Translations under genes and position numbers: made by a program
Virus record (IMG/VR): IMGVR_UViG_3300037755_000850
Location: 32,348-96,347 of that record
DNA from: a virus
Length of the DNA stretch: 64,000 bases
Direction: 5' to 3' (one strand)
Notes under the pieces: generated by a model
Told to the model about the DNA's origin: nothing
Databases searched by the model: none
What the model saw: only the letters and a program-made list of their open reading frames with translations
Part shown: positions 30,001 through 38,579 of the stretch, piece after piece
Numbering within the stretch: position 1 is the first letter of the stretch
Layout of the letters: the number at the start of each line of letters is the position of its first letter

Positions 30001-32644
30001 ATTTTTCCCATTTGGCAGGACCGGTGACATCTTCGGGGTGATCAACCTGGTTTTCCAGCCAATCCTGGATCGCCAGCATCGCATGACGTTCACGCTGGCG
30101 ATTCATCGGCGCATTGACAGGGATATATTCCCCGTCAGGCCCGCGAACCGTCACATTGCCCGCATCATCATCGACATTGACGACAAAGATATTGCCGCTC
30201 TCGCGATCTTCAACTTCAACATCATAGCTGCCATCTTCATTGGGAACCCTGGCGTATTCTCGCAAGGACGGAAACGCAGCTTCCTTGCCCCCATACCGTG
30301 ACTGTTGCAACCTGACTCTATTCTGGTCCAGATACCCCACCAGATCATCACGGGCGATCCGGCGCGGCAGGTTGGTGTTCTGCATGGCTTGGCGGAATTC
30401 ATCTTCGCCAGTTGCCAGCAACGGCTGAATGCGCGCCAATTCGGCTTCGATCTCGGCGCGGCGCGCTGGCGTGATCTCTGGATCTTTCTGCCCCATCTCA
30501 CTGCGCAGCGCATTGGCCTCGGTGCGCAGATCGACAAGCTGGCGGCGCTGCTGGGCAAGAGGCTCGCCAAACAGGAATTTATCCAGATCCGTGGCGCGGA
30601 TTTCCGCTTCCTTGGTGCCGCCCTTTTCGATCTGTGCCAGCATCTGTTCCGGGGTGCCGGTCGCTTGCGGCAGCGTGCGGGCTGATTCCAGCGCTTGACT
30701 GTAAAAGCCGAGATCATCAATATCGCGGGACGGAACGCCGGGGCCGATCGCGGGCAGAATATCTTCTTCCGACAGCGGCGCCGATGGCAAGGTCAAGGGC
30801 TCGCGATCCAGTGTCTGGGTCTGGCCTGGTGTCTGTTCTTGGAATGGCGAGGTCTGCACCCGCCCTGCCGTGCCAGGCGCTGCAAATTGATCACGGACCT
30901 CCACGTCTGGTGTATCTTGCGGTTCCTGTGGCGTTTGCGGGGAAGGCATCTGCGCCATCGCCGGGCGCATGGTCTGGATCAACTCATTGGCGACCGCTGA
31001 CAGTTTCCCGGTGTCGCGAACCTTTTGCAAGGCCGCCTGCACGACATTCTGGGTCGGGCCAGGCTCATCAACCGCGCTCAGGAACTGATCGGCCTGCGCA
31101 GCAAGAGGCGGGCTGGCGTTCAGCAGGCGGGACATTTCCGCCTTCAGCGCATTGCGCTCCGGTGCATTCAGATCAGGCAGCGCCAGCGGTGCGCTGGGAT
31201 CTGGCTCACCGCCAATTGGCAGGTCTTCCAATGGCGTCAAGGGACCGCGATCTTCGACCCCATCATTCAGCCAGTCCCAATTGTCAGGCGGTGGCAATTG
31301 CGGGTAAGGACCAACCTGTCCCCCAGTTTGACCACCACCTTGATCAGGGCTAAATCGGCCCGGCATCAGGAAGTTCATCAAGCCACCAAGCGTGCCACCT
31401 ACTGCCGCACTCTCGCCAACCCCTGCCATTGCCGCACGCTCGGGATCGGTGGTATGCTGACTGATGACATTTTGCGCCAGCTGTGCGCCCGATTCCTGCA
31501 CCGCCTCTTCTGCGGCCCCTTCGGCCCCTTGAATGAGCCTCTGGCCCAACCGGGTCTGCGCATTAGGCACCGCGCGGGTCAGGGTTCTGGCAATCGGCGC
31601 GGCCTCGGTCAGACCAACTGCGCTATAGCCAAGGGTCTTGAGCAATCTATCATAATCATCAATCGCTGGCTGATCACCACTTGCCGCCGCCTCGGCGCGG
31701 GCTTGCTGCAATTCGCGGGTGGCCTCTTCAAAGCCTTGCGTCCCGCTGGCTGATCCACCAAAGGCAGAGACAATCCCGATCTGCGCTGGCTGGCTCAGCT
31801 TTGCCAGTCGCGCCAGAATGCCGACACCGTAAAAGCTGACCAAGGAGCCAGCGCCTGTCGCCAATTGCTGGGCGAACTCATCCTGGCGCGCGGGATCGCC
31901 GGGGAACTGCCGCGCTACCCAGTCTTTTGCCCCACGGCTCCAGTTCAGCAGATATTCGTCATCAACCGGGCCGTCTTGAACATAACCCTTGATTATCCCG
32001 GCCATTTGCGGGATACTGATCATGGTTTCAGCGACGGAGCGCGGGAAGTTCTCTACAGCAGACCGCAACCCACTTTTGATCGGCAGAGCCAACTCGCCCC
32101 GCTCCATCGCGGCCAGCTCTTTGAGACGTGTTTGACCCTGTTTGATCGAGGCAGTCGCTTGCCGGGTTTCATCAGCCCCCAGCAGATCGTCGTCCGGACT
32201 CATCCCCATGGCGCGGCGATTGCGCAAGCGCTCTTGCGCCCCCGAGATCATCCCTTGTGCGGCCTGCTTTTCCGCCTTCAGCCAGTTTTGCTGATCCTGC
32301 GGCGAATAGACCCCGAAACTTTCGCCCAGCACCCCAAGATTGGGCTCATCGCTGACCGGCCCCCGAGAACGCGGAAACAAAATAGACGGATCTGGCTGTT
32401 CAACCGCCGTGCGCGATTGCCGGAATGTTGCGAACGGATCATAATCGGTCGCCTGCGGCAAGACCGGATCAACTTTTGGCGCTTGGAGATTGACACCGCG
32501 CTTGGCCATTTCCGCTTGTGGGAAATCCGAGACAGCCGCGCCGATCTCGCCGAAGCGGAAATCATTCGGGTTGATCTGCTTGCGCCTGCGCTCTTTATCC
32601 CAGATATCTGGAAACACAGAAAACGGATCATAATCGGTGGACAT
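21026..32644 (-). CDS. Giant polyvalent ejection protein (3872 aa)
   Basis: Two ART-like modules (YHAT/WHAT...GFYF...GYDG), two IRHEA.HALR zincin motifs, an HDVFGH module, two GFYS...E.QSD modules. Confidence 0.75.
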   Translation of the reverse strand: MSTDYDPFSVFPDIWDKERRRKQINPNDFRFGEIGAAVSDFPQAEMAKRGVNLQAPKVDPVLPQATDYDPFATFRQSRTAVEQPDPSILFPRSRGPVSDEPNLGVLGESFGVYSPQDQQNWLKAEKQAAQGMISGAQERLRNRRAMGMSPDDDLLGADETRQATASIKQGQTRLKELAAMERGELALPIKSGLRSAVENFPRSVAETMISIPQMAGIIKGYVQDGPVDDEYLLNWSRGAKDWVARQFPGDPARQDEFAQQLATGAGSLVSFYGVGILARLAKLSQPAQIGIVSAFGGSASGTQGFEEATRELQQARAEAAASGDQPAIDDYDRLLKTLGYSAVGLTEAAPIARTLTRAVPNAQTRLGQRLIQGAEGAAEEAVQESGAQLAQNVISQHTTDPERAAMAGVGESAAVGGTLGGLMNFLMPGRFSPDQGGGQTGGQVGPYPQLPPPDNWDWLNDGVEDRGPLTPLEDLPIGGEPDPSAPLALPDLNAPERNALKAEMSRLLNASPPLAAQADQFLSAVDEPGPTQNVVQAALQKVRDTGKLSAVANELIQTMRPAMAQMPSPQTPQEPQDTPDVEVRDQFAAPGTAGRVQTSPFQEQTPGQTQTLDREPLTLPSAPLSEEDILPAIGPGVPSRDIDDLGFYSQALESARTLPQATGTPEQMLAQIEKGGTKEAEIRATDLDKFLFGEPLAQQRRQLVDLRTEANALRSEMGQKDPEITPARRAEIEAELARIQPLLATGEDEFRQAMQNTNLPRRIARDDLVGYLDQNRVRLQQSRYGGKEAAFPSLREYARVPNEDGSYDVEVEDRESGNIFVVNVDDDAGNVTVRGPDGEYIPVNAPMNRQRERHAMLAIQDWLENQVDHPEDVTGPAKWEKWSLDPGNPTYRENVVHLPIPESAPQFDPAKVKIERRRQSTTQGSATISYDGKVLLDGAEDSAGKPDSYWIDYARRVFEKGDRFNRLEPMQPAFRQGHFEEPNVVSHYRTQQLQTVDGRTVLNGDEFQSDWGQKIREGGARDEAKIAELKKQLEETDKQLRELSIEGDRRYRDHIMDPNGDVDDNNRLLNFFPGPSPNYIDRIEAGEFGLSPKATGDWLFRAGQETANEEFGEFADKHADKIAAAFNTRMRIVAELATANAATPAHPLVRTTDQWLATTLRKFVKDAVDAGVDGVTITPGDVQNKRYPGLIAVADEMEVEVQFSSDDRLIRLKKTGRPTTTIGVNSEGTIVHSSTSELVGHSLSEVIGREPADLAMGTPHSDVFDVGDLEIGGEGMRATYDKIYPRALAKILQKYDKSVKPERVKLLPHKIAQQTDILQRMQAEGKTFEDYPYNALSDNDARIVKQDFIFFPITDKVRQKVKEEGQPLFALGPGGQDERRSKRARDRAGRDQGGSLAPLKGAPTVEDATGPDPRVVAVAERYARDHGIPLKRQAEYAKINPELAARIATAYDQMPHAPNDPKVAAAYQAMIEQTVDQYKALKADGYKFWFYDEGNDPYAGNPWNAIRDLRQNQSMAVFATEAGFGSGATDVDTSTSPLLVDSGIQWPYGAPDGPMKRVLVNDLFRAVHDVFGHSMEGAGFRAQGEENAWQAHIRLYTGLAQGAMTSETRGQNSWLNFGPYGENNRTASLEDTVFGDQKSGLMPEWTWAEGRVADQDSPLASVPTYALENNPQAAIDALRIGGEILQDWLGNFAQVSPEGVGPGPDAALAAVSAITQSGQRTMEALRRAMVDAGFKEPISDEVLSQGLLAANFLMAPETKEGIDPLFAITAFPITGNAGRMAVLQRQQNDIFNQIDTLQGEIKDLIGGKANDLTPEEEAAYNDLASQIDALNERLPEVERELNDLYDKQHDARVQSGLFEKRSEAGDRTRQAFHEKVDLEKQVIDLEQKLEANPNDFQTRRQLQLAQQRLSEADAVYSDAQAELDKINDDLANLVFALRGFYSPAIRAVETAKQDKATPEQWKKVLTGPGVRQEEVRWLGVMDWLDEQASMMVDRPGSNQPKSEKTIAKSDVIDFLRAHQYEIEQRILLSERDPDDIPEDERVDDDDEPADVMDEEERDEWISERAQEIQNELESEAIQEQIGTWEQRNDPSDYDVEIQFEDFTGTISDAEQELLEVERRYSDAMDLYRRALDAWAASGEVFGQIPLPGLASPRPVEPRFETIAERVLTEDTLEDWRNGNLGWVVNLEHPYDREDEELENGDVFPTRQAAQEAANARLEAIRDAYDEELEAARQDIYEQDFAYEYDQAHQQAERDFEDEYGDGVRRSGDYFSDQTRYKQYRIKGGRHYQEMLVRLPMLEGKYSSHHYQDQEVVHIRYDVRTGLNGEKVLFIHEIQSDLHQRARAFGFGKQGLERAKKVHEDGGVTPELGQALEQAAQQLYKVREELHQLSEQRQDHPLVQTIINEAREAEAKVSEVNARIIANREAASTYISTFARFDGAPEAPYTGTAWWELGFKAALQRAVEKGFDGVALTTPAQIREATYTPEKVAQKFYGENVPKFINKYVKKWGSKPEKKMLSGTDRRHAEVLRPNYTVDDFVKWLNALKNQTYYMDQGNPAYDGHLIRGSIDLALETVASPDFNGDISSVLNGHARLFTRRTDNIPAYWRRPSGELSIARVAVGDKISDDAPSPYHVAETGIEQPYWPITDQMRKDLSGEGTGQPLAIGQEQILRGIDTLLAAGRSVTIGENVKDAILNAIEPHRVIVPSGLSVGYLSRIEPVKGNRKRVNAYFTTEDGSSHVMEYDRDGLLGLRAFFQPPNGALPTGIFFLRTTTQGEFQRGVVGEIRHEAIHALRRSGRLPDHVWSALVGHARKLQVMDISFADYLDAIGRPTQDFRAHAVSVGDQYRSFYSGRSDFQEVFEQEAVAHLSELYSHDAWTQEEIAPVKDILDDIFAGRYSGASPDPRGGGQDLSYALRPVDREGQPIKNDPRFKAFFKQSAAVDEMGEPKILYHATLADFPAFDPRRTQVESNLGRGFYFTDSPDDSSANYGRAIGPDIEGRITNLAERLNSDAGLEYNDPHGFNKAREQLGYVHEGMNLPVYLSIQNPVVISDPYSGIESTFLPYQAGEIYDEETDDYEYGEPSGKLDEFFEALRQVAPDYNNIDVEAFIADLMDDVFINEGLTAEQIYNVASNSDFLIYGEDPESGQLSTMEPIRRAYEMIGYDGIIDHTVDEKFPTMQGIQGATHYIVFKPEQIKSVFNAGGFDPDDPNILAAIGGEKKGARSRLTQDMLLLVRNGLAAPVPIESAKPVFDAIRPAQDMVPSEYIVANISGIYPDQDEPNQAKPEKILFDFKTEDGKRFTLRLPPHYIRSSAFHAILPEMQNRPATSGIFFVNLTPDGGSSQYLRGVIRHEAVHALRTKNRIPEAIWLRLLDHAEKLRVMDHSLGSYLEATGITDTNSKDHEVSIYDSYHDLYKANTRFYQEFIDQEQIAHMVELYEHGVFTPQEIAPVKHILDAMFRGDFSRGTPNQARTLSVPEPDYHVPDTIVKRLREITNATQPARSDPGQPGAAQAGAGAPQGLSPADRITPTREDFGRSSLIGESLGRGPIDDRLRQSAIRTYLGNWWKADAPLKRAKLQGFTLPAWHATPSDFLVPNPNIKGRDFGFHVAINTPNAANERAGFSFHDVDNQLTLEKPGMIGKLARFLSNAFWDNRKNIRNLPLLVKARNPLRVPDLNAWGSMPMWRGAIQEIMAGQIPDIGPKNYPVFRAIDDMMVAVMTEKALVGAGFDEQQTFRQALVNILESHGYDSLIYKNDYEDVGNDSLFLWDAARVRSAFDTFDPRADGNPGLYASVPFMEADMRQELNRALREEGLEEIMPQFALGSADGGSSVEGFTDTNSKPMTELYTDYLKRSQKSGKKPISFKEFSKNDARITL

Positions 32645-34770
32645 TATGGTGCGGCCTGATCATAAAAGTTCTGGTTGACACCAGTCTGCACGGCCACTGG
32701 CGTCAGGTCGGCAATCATGTCGTCAAAAGCCCTCAGGGCATCAATGATTGGATGCCGCGCGGCCTGTTGCAGTCCTTGCAGGAACAGATCCGGATCGCGC
32801 GAAGTCAACAGATTGCCAATTTCTTCTGCGACATTTTCATTGATCCGCAACTGCGCAGCACGACCTCCGGCAGCGATGGCTCCAATAATTGCTGCTGCTG
32901 GGTCTCTCAAGGTGCCAAGGTTGAAGCCAAGGTTAACGCCGCTATATCCCTTCATCATGTCGGAAGCCTGCTGCGCTGTTGTCGAATTGCCCATAGCGTT
33001 GCGCATTTTTTCCATGATGTTTTCCACTCTGAAGAAAGCTTCGATCTGATCGAAGCGCTGTTGCCCCAACGCGATTCGAATCCGATTGCGCTCCATATCC
33101 GACTGCGCAATCCGATTAAGGAGATTAGACCGGTCTGACGTGGCACTTATTCTTTGCATCAACTCATCGGCAAAACCTTCAGAAAACAAGCTGCGTTCTG
33201 CCGTGTTAAGACGATTGACCGCCTGTTCCGCATCGCGCCAGTTAAACTGACCCTTGGCAAAATTGCGTCCGGCTTCAAGAGCATCTTCTTCGCCAAAGAA
33301 CCGTGCCGCCGTGCTCCGAGCTTGACGATAGATCGGAACCACCCGATCCAACTCTTCGCGTAACTGCCGCGCCATTTCGGAAAACGTCGCCGCTTGATTG
33401 TTCCTGCCCGCACGAAGAGCTTGCCCAGCGTAATCATCGAGCGCCCGCTTGGTCTGATCCCAGAAGGCCAAGGTATATGGCCCCGCACCGCCTTGCCCAG
33501 ACTGGGCTTGCCATTGCCGCCAGTTAGGCATGGCGTTCTGGTCCGCCAGCATACGTTCAGCCCGCCCCATGGCGCGCTGAAACGTGCCAGAGCGTTGCAA
33601 TTGATCCAGCAAAGGTGTATCAATACCACTAGCGCCTTGCTGATAGGCTTGATTATAGAGTGGCGCTCGCAGATTTCTGGCTTGGGTGCGCAAATCATCC
33701 CGGATCATTTGCGATGATCGCGCAAGATTCATCTCGCCTTCGATCAATCCCCCAGCGCGCGGGCTCTGAGTTTCGAACCTATCACCAATAACGCGCATAA
33801 TCTCGTTCTTGGCGCTTGGTGACAAGTTCGCAGCCTTGCGGCCTTCGCGCGCTACGTTTTCACCACCATAATCCATAACCCTTAGATCTTGATTGCGCCC
33901 GGTCGCTTGCTGTCGTTCTGCCGGAGTCAACGCCGCACCAGCACGCCAGCCCGAAGGTCGGGCCGGGCGGTTCGCAAGCTGTCCACTCTCAAAATCACGC
34001 TGAAAAGCGGCTTGAACCTCTCGCCGAGCTGCCGCCTGCGGATCTTGAACATTCTGGATCGCGGATCGCGCACGGCGTCCGGTTTCACCAAGATAACTGC
34101 TTATCCCTTTAGCGACACCAATCCCTGCCGGTATGGCAGCGCCGATAGCGCCAGAAATCGCAGCTCGTTCGGGATCAATGCCTTGTTCAGAACCTGCCTG
34201 TCCGGCAATGACATCCTGTGTGGCGCTGGCGACGGGCAAAGCCAGCGCACCTCGTCCCATTAAGCCAAGCATGCTTCTAGCACCACCTGCCCAGCCCAAT
34301 AGCGGTGCGGTGGCCAAGGTTTGTGTGCCAAATTCATCAAGATCACGGCCTGACAAACCGGGTTTGTTCAGATAGGCAAAGTCCGACATCCCTGGCGCTT
34401 TCAGCATGATATTGCCGTGCGCATCCTGCTTCCTCTCAAGTCCAGGAATGGCTTTCTTGATGATGTCGAACTGGGCTTCTTCATCTGGGCTGATCGCCGA
34501 TTGCATGATTGCGGGCGCACCCGAGGCCATCGGCGGATTGCCGTCCGCACCTGGACTCCGGCTAAAATAGGCCGGACCAAATTCCTGTGCCTCTGGAAAC
34601 TCGGTGCGCCCCTCACCGGTGAAAGCCGATTTCACCCCAGACCACGCCGAAGACATCCAGCCCTGATCATCTGGTGGTGGCTGGCTTGCCACCGGCTGTG
34701 CATCAGATGCAGGAAATTGATCCCACTGGCCTTGCGTGGCATTAGGAAATTGATCCCATGCGGTTGGCAT
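32644..34770 (-). CDS. Internal virion/ejection protein
   Basis: WDQFP repeats; Gly/Ala-rich helices; GNSTTAQ motif; position in ejection cluster. Confidence 0.65.
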   Translation of the reverse strand: MPTAWDQFPNATQGQWDQFPASDAQPVASQPPPDDQGWMSSAWSGVKSAFTGEGRTEFPEAQEFGPAYFSRSPGADGNPPMASGAPAIMQSAISPDEEAQFDIIKKAIPGLERKQDAHGNIMLKAPGMSDFAYLNKPGLSGRDLDEFGTQTLATAPLLGWAGGARSMLGLMGRGALALPVASATQDVIAGQAGSEQGIDPERAAISGAIGAAIPAGIGVAKGISSYLGETGRRARSAIQNVQDPQAAARREVQAAFQRDFESGQLANRPARPSGWRAGAALTPAERQQATGRNQDLRVMDYGGENVAREGRKAANLSPSAKNEIMRVIGDRFETQSPRAGGLIEGEMNLARSSQMIRDDLRTQARNLRAPLYNQAYQQGASGIDTPLLDQLQRSGTFQRAMGRAERMLADQNAMPNWRQWQAQSGQGGAGPYTLAFWDQTKRALDDYAGQALRAGRNNQAATFSEMARQLREELDRVVPIYRQARSTAARFFGEEDALEAGRNFAKGQFNWRDAEQAVNRLNTAERSLFSEGFADELMQRISATSDRSNLLNRIAQSDMERNRIRIALGQQRFDQIEAFFRVENIMEKMRNAMGNSTTAQQASDMMKGYSGVNLGFNLGTLRDPAAAIIGAIAAGGRAAQLRINENVAEEIGNLLTSRDPDLFLQGLQQAARHPIIDALRAFDDMIADLTPVAVQTGVNQNFYDQAAP

Positions 34771-36125
34771 TACGGCCTCACCTTCTGCTGACCGTCAGGC
34801 GTCTCGAAAAGCGTGCCTGACGGAAGACGCCACGCCTCTTCCGGCGACTGAACTCGAACCGGTGCTGTCTGGGCTTGACCCTGACCACCAGCTGTTGCTG
34901 GCGGCGGAACGACTTGCCCCGCGCCATATTGCTGTTCGTAAGCTTGTTGAATCCGCGCCATAGAGTCCCGTAAATCCTTGGTCAGCAGTTGCAGATTCTG
35001 GCGCATGTTGGCTTCGCCTTGTCCGAGCGTGAGGCTGCGGAAAGAATTTTTCATCAACTCGATTTCTCGCTCGGTCACCGAACCAAGGGCACCGCCCGTT
35101 TTGGACAATTCCCGCATGGAATTGATCGCCGAAACGAAAAGTCGTGTCTGCAATGTATCGAGATCAGTTTCAAAGTTGGCTGTTTCCTTCTGAACATTTG
35201 GCAAATATTGTGAAATCGGGCCAACCGCTGCATCCAATCCAGGATGTTTCAATAAATTATTTACCATTTCAATATTTGTATTAATCTTGGAAAACGCATC
35301 TTGAGCGCGTGCTTGAGCGGTCGGTTTATCCGCTTGAATTTTCCCCTGCTCTGTACCAAAGGCTTTGCCATAGCCTTGTTGCTGTGCAATATCTCCGGGC
35401 GGAACCGCTCTGACGCCTGGCGGTAACTGTGTCCGAGCACCAATCCCTTGGCTGCTTACCTGAAGCGGAACCCAATTGCCCTCTTCATCATAACCCCAGA
35501 CGACTTGCTTGCCAAAAGCGCCTGCGCCGGTCTTGTACTTGCTGGCCAGAACCGATTTCAAAATATCCGGATTGAGCGCGGCGGCTTTGGCAGAATCATC
35601 ATCAAAGCCGAGATTGCGCAACATCTTGAAAGTCGATTGACGCTGTTGCTGCTGCTCGGCAAAGTTCGTGACTGTGCCTTGGCTGGTCAGCGCATTGCCG
35701 AAATTGGTCAGCCTTTCGCCAAAGCTGGGATTGAAATCCGGCACTGGCGCATTCGTCTGCTGGCTCGTGCGTTCCGCAACCGTTGGCAGACGCCCGGTTT
35801 TCGGCAATGGGCTGGGCTCAAGCCGATCCTGCCGCTTGGTCGATGTCGGTTGTGGCCCGCCTTCCAGGAACCGGCTGTCAACACTTGGCGCTTGCGTGCT
35901 GGGCTGTTGACTTGCCGCTGGCGTAGCCGCAGATCGACCGCCAGCAGGCGCATCGCGCACCGCCATTCCCGGAAATGGCAGGCTCATGGGCTGAGCGTTC
36001 TGCGCATCGGCGCGATCGGCATTGATGGTGCGGAACAACTCATCCAGTTGCTGATCCTGCATCGCCTGAGGCGACGATGCCTGCGCCGTCAGCGCTTGGG
36101 CAAGCGGGTCAAAAAGCGGTGCCAT
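34770..36125 (-). CDS. Internal virion/ejection protein
   Basis: GGALGSVTERE motif; C-terminal LPSGTLFETPDG. Confidence 0.6.
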   Translation of the reverse strand: MAPLFDPLAQALTAQASSPQAMQDQQLDELFRTINADRADAQNAQPMSLPFPGMAVRDAPAGGRSAATPAASQQPSTQAPSVDSRFLEGGPQPTSTKRQDRLEPSPLPKTGRLPTVAERTSQQTNAPVPDFNPSFGERLTNFGNALTSQGTVTNFAEQQQQRQSTFKMLRNLGFDDDSAKAAALNPDILKSVLASKYKTGAGAFGKQVVWGYDEEGNWVPLQVSSQGIGARTQLPPGVRAVPPGDIAQQQGYGKAFGTEQGKIQADKPTAQARAQDAFSKINTNIEMVNNLLKHPGLDAAVGPISQYLPNVQKETANFETDLDTLQTRLFVSAINSMRELSKTGGALGSVTEREIELMKNSFRSLTLGQGEANMRQNLQLLTKDLRDSMARIQQAYEQQYGAGQVVPPPATAGGQGQAQTAPVRVQSPEEAWRLPSGTLFETPDGQQKVRP

Positions 36126-36133
36126 CGGCGTTC

Positions 36134-36625
36134 TTACCTCATTGGGCCGCCGCCGAAACCGGGCGGTGTCATACGGTTATTGCCACCTTGAACCATTTGT
36201 GGCTGTTCTTGCGGTCCAGCGGGCGGTTGTCCGCCTTGGTTCTGGCCGCCCTGCAACTGCCTGAGAATATCGCGCAAAAGAGCGGGATTGTTGATTGCTT
36301 CTTTCGCCAATTGTGGCGGCACGCCTTGAGAAACCAGCACCTGATAGGTGCGGTTGCCCTGATCGGGGCCTGCTTGCGGGGCTTGTCCGCCTGGCATCGC
36401 ACCTGGGGCTGCGCCTGGCAATGGCGACCCCGGTGCGGCTCCTTGCTGTTGACCGCCTGCCCCCAGCGCTGATTGAGGCAAGGGTTGGCGCATCGCGCCC
36501 GCCGCCCCGCCTTGTGAGGCCCCAGCCGCCCCGCCAGAGCCCATCATAAGCTTCGAAATCATCTCTTCCAGTTCCGGATTGACGCCGGGTTGGGATTGCT
36601 GCAACATCTGTTCTAACATGGCCAT
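36134..36625 (-). CDS. Gln/Gly-rich virion-associated protein
   Basis: RBS GGAGG; in late operon. Confidence 0.55.
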   Translation of the reverse strand: MAMLEQMLQQSQPGVNPELEEMISKLMMGSGGAAGASQGGAAGAMRQPLPQSALGAGGQQQGAAPGSPLPGAAPGAMPGGQAPQAGPDQGNRTYQVLVSQGVPPQLAKEAINNPALLRDILRQLQGGQNQGGQPPAGPQEQPQMVQGGNNRMTPPGFGGGPMR

Positions 36626-36637
36626 GGGGATACCCTC

Positions 36638-37759
36638 CTATGCCGGATAAAGGCCGAAATAATTGCTGTTCGGCATGGATTCATTTCTCTTCTTCCGCTT
36701 CATCAGTTCAGCGGCGTGATCTGTGGCTTCGCCATATTCAACCATCTTGACACCGCCAACCTCGGTAACCGCATCCGGGTGATCACCCTCGATTTCCTGC
36801 GCCATGACCCCGATGTGAACGGTCCTGCTCGGATCATGGGAATAACGATAACGATAGATCGGCGTGCCATCGGCAAGTTCGCCAACCTGCTCGGCATCTT
36901 CCTTGGTCCGCTCATCAGAAAGCAATGACCCCAGCCCGCCGAACAGATTCGAAATCCCGATCCCCATCGATGAGCCCTTGGATGTGCTTTGCTGGGTTTG
37001 CTGTTGACCAAGCTGAGCCAGCGGTCCAAGCAGGGCCTCAAGCCGTCCAAGATCTTCCATCGGCAGCTGTTTCATCTGCTGTTCCAGTGCCAGGATGGTA
37101 TTCGGCCCCCAATTTTCGGCATCCATCGCCGCATTGGCGACTTCAATCCCTGGTATCCGACTTTGCAACGCACCGGTATCCAGTCCCTGGACAGCGGTTG
37201 CTGTTCCGGTGCCAGCGCCAAACAGCTGATTGGCGGCATTGGACTGGTTCTGGCGCTCAAGATTATACTGGTTGAACAGGGTTGGCAGCGTGCCTTCGGA
37301 GACACCGCGCGCCACCGCCATCTGGTTCATGCCCGACAGATCACGTCCCGCCCCGGCAAATTGCGAGTTGATCCGTCCACTGATATCATCGCCGACCTGC
37401 TGGAGCATCTGTTGCAAATAGGGATTCTCATTGACATCCAGATTATCCCCCGCAGCGATGCCGCCAATCTGATCTTGCAATCTGGTATAGGCATCGGTTA
37501 CAGTTCCAGACTGACTATCGACGCCTTGCAGAACATCCCCGGCCAGATTGCCGATCTGGCCTGCATAGGGGTTACCACCTTCAGCATTGCTCAAAAGCGC
37601 GCTGAAAGCGTCTTCCTGCCCCGGCGTGATGCCGACATTGCCCTGCTGGCCCTCGATCTGACCGACAAGATTGGTCAGTGCCGGGATTGTGACATCCCAG
37701 GGATCAACCTGACCTGATGAATTGGTTTTCTTTTTCGACGACCCGAATGAGAGCGACAT
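36638..37759 (-). CDS. Ejection/pilot protein with C-terminal peptidase-S74-like chaperone domain
   Basis: NPYLQQ motif; SDERTKE...YRYRY...IGVMAQEI. Confidence 0.7.
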   Translation of the reverse strand: MSLSFGSSKKKTNSSGQVDPWDVTIPALTNLVGQIEGQQGNVGITPGQEDAFSALLSNAEGGNPYAGQIGNLAGDVLQGVDSQSGTVTDAYTRLQDQIGGIAAGDNLDVNENPYLQQMLQQVGDDISGRINSQFAGAGRDLSGMNQMAVARGVSEGTLPTLFNQYNLERQNQSNAANQLFGAGTGTATAVQGLDTGALQSRIPGIEVANAAMDAENWGPNTILALEQQMKQLPMEDLGRLEALLGPLAQLGQQQTQQSTSKGSSMGIGISNLFGGLGSLLSDERTKEDAEQVGELADGTPIYRYRYSHDPSRTVHIGVMAQEIEGDHPDAVTEVGGVKMVEYGEATDHAAELMKRKKRNESMPNSNYFGLYPA

Positions 37760-38254
37760 CTAATCCACCAATCTTTCGTAGATGAAATGGCCATCCACCT
37801 CACCTGTCACCTGATAGTCAGGCGGCAATATCCGGGTCCACGCCTTGCGGCCAGCGAGGCGGACGCGTGAACACTCATGCAGACGGGCAAAGCGTTGCGC
37901 CTCTTCATGGCAAGCCATCACCCAGCCTTTGGCGTCCTGTCCGACCAGATTGTGCAAGCTCAAGACCCATTGGCCCTGATCGCGCTCGATCGCGGTCAGA
38001 AACACCGCCGCCAGTTCCGCACAACAACCGTTCCTGACCGTCACCCAGAGCTGCAAGCTCTCATCCGCCAAGCCTTCAATGATCTGGTCCATCGTCATCA
38101 GCGGGTTGATCTCGCGCGATTGATCCAGAAGCGGAAACACATAGGACCAGATCGCAGAAATATGGTTGACAGGAATTCTGACAACATCATAAAGTGATTC
38201 GGATGATTTTTCTTGTTTTTCTTCAGGCGTTTCCTGTATTGATCTCATGATCAC
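37760..38254 (-). CDS. GNAT-fold-like tail-region protein
   Basis: LQLWV...FARLHEC..V...GRKAW.R.L pattern; usual position after the nozzle gene. Confidence 0.55.
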   Translation of the reverse strand: MIMRSIQETPEEKQEKSSESLYDVVRIPVNHISAIWSYVFPLLDQSREINPLMTMDQIIEGLADESLQLWVTVRNGCCAELAAVFLTAIERDQGQWVLSLHNLVGQDAKGWVMACHEEAQRFARLHECSRVRLAGRKAWTRILPPDYQVTGEVDGHFIYERLVD

Positions 38255-38568
38255 CCCTGTATAGTATAAGAAAACGTTTCATCGTTATTTGCCGTTGCAT
38301 CATGAGTAACGGTGAACGTCCCCGATCCGACATTTCCCTCTTCAATATAGGTGGTCGCAATGGCTCCAGCGGCATTGGCGGTTCTTGGCATCAAGGTGAT
38401 GATCGAGCCTGGTCCACAATTGGCAGCGGTAACAACTGTCGAGGTCGCCGGGCTGACATCCAGCGTGAATACGCCGGTTGCATTGGAGCGTCCCGCATAA
38501 AGATCGCGGATCGACTGAATGATCCGGGGCAGGCTGGTTTCGGTAATCGCGGGATAGTTGCCCGACAT
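38251..38568 (-). CDS. Small structural protein
   Basis: RBS GGAG before MSGNYP; GRSNATG.FTL motif. Confidence 0.6.
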   Translation of the reverse strand: MSGNYPAITETSLPRIIQSIRDLYAGRSNATGVFTLDVSPATSTVVTAANCGPGSIITLMPRTANAAGAIATTYIEEGNVGSGTFTVTHDATANNDETFSYTIQG

Positions 38569-38579
38569 TTGGTCGTCTC

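Noticed and set aside
21114-36549. Many plus-strand ORFs opposite the ejection-protein genes
   Set aside because: Antisense shadow ORFs of GC-rich coding sequence without RBS or recognisable motifs
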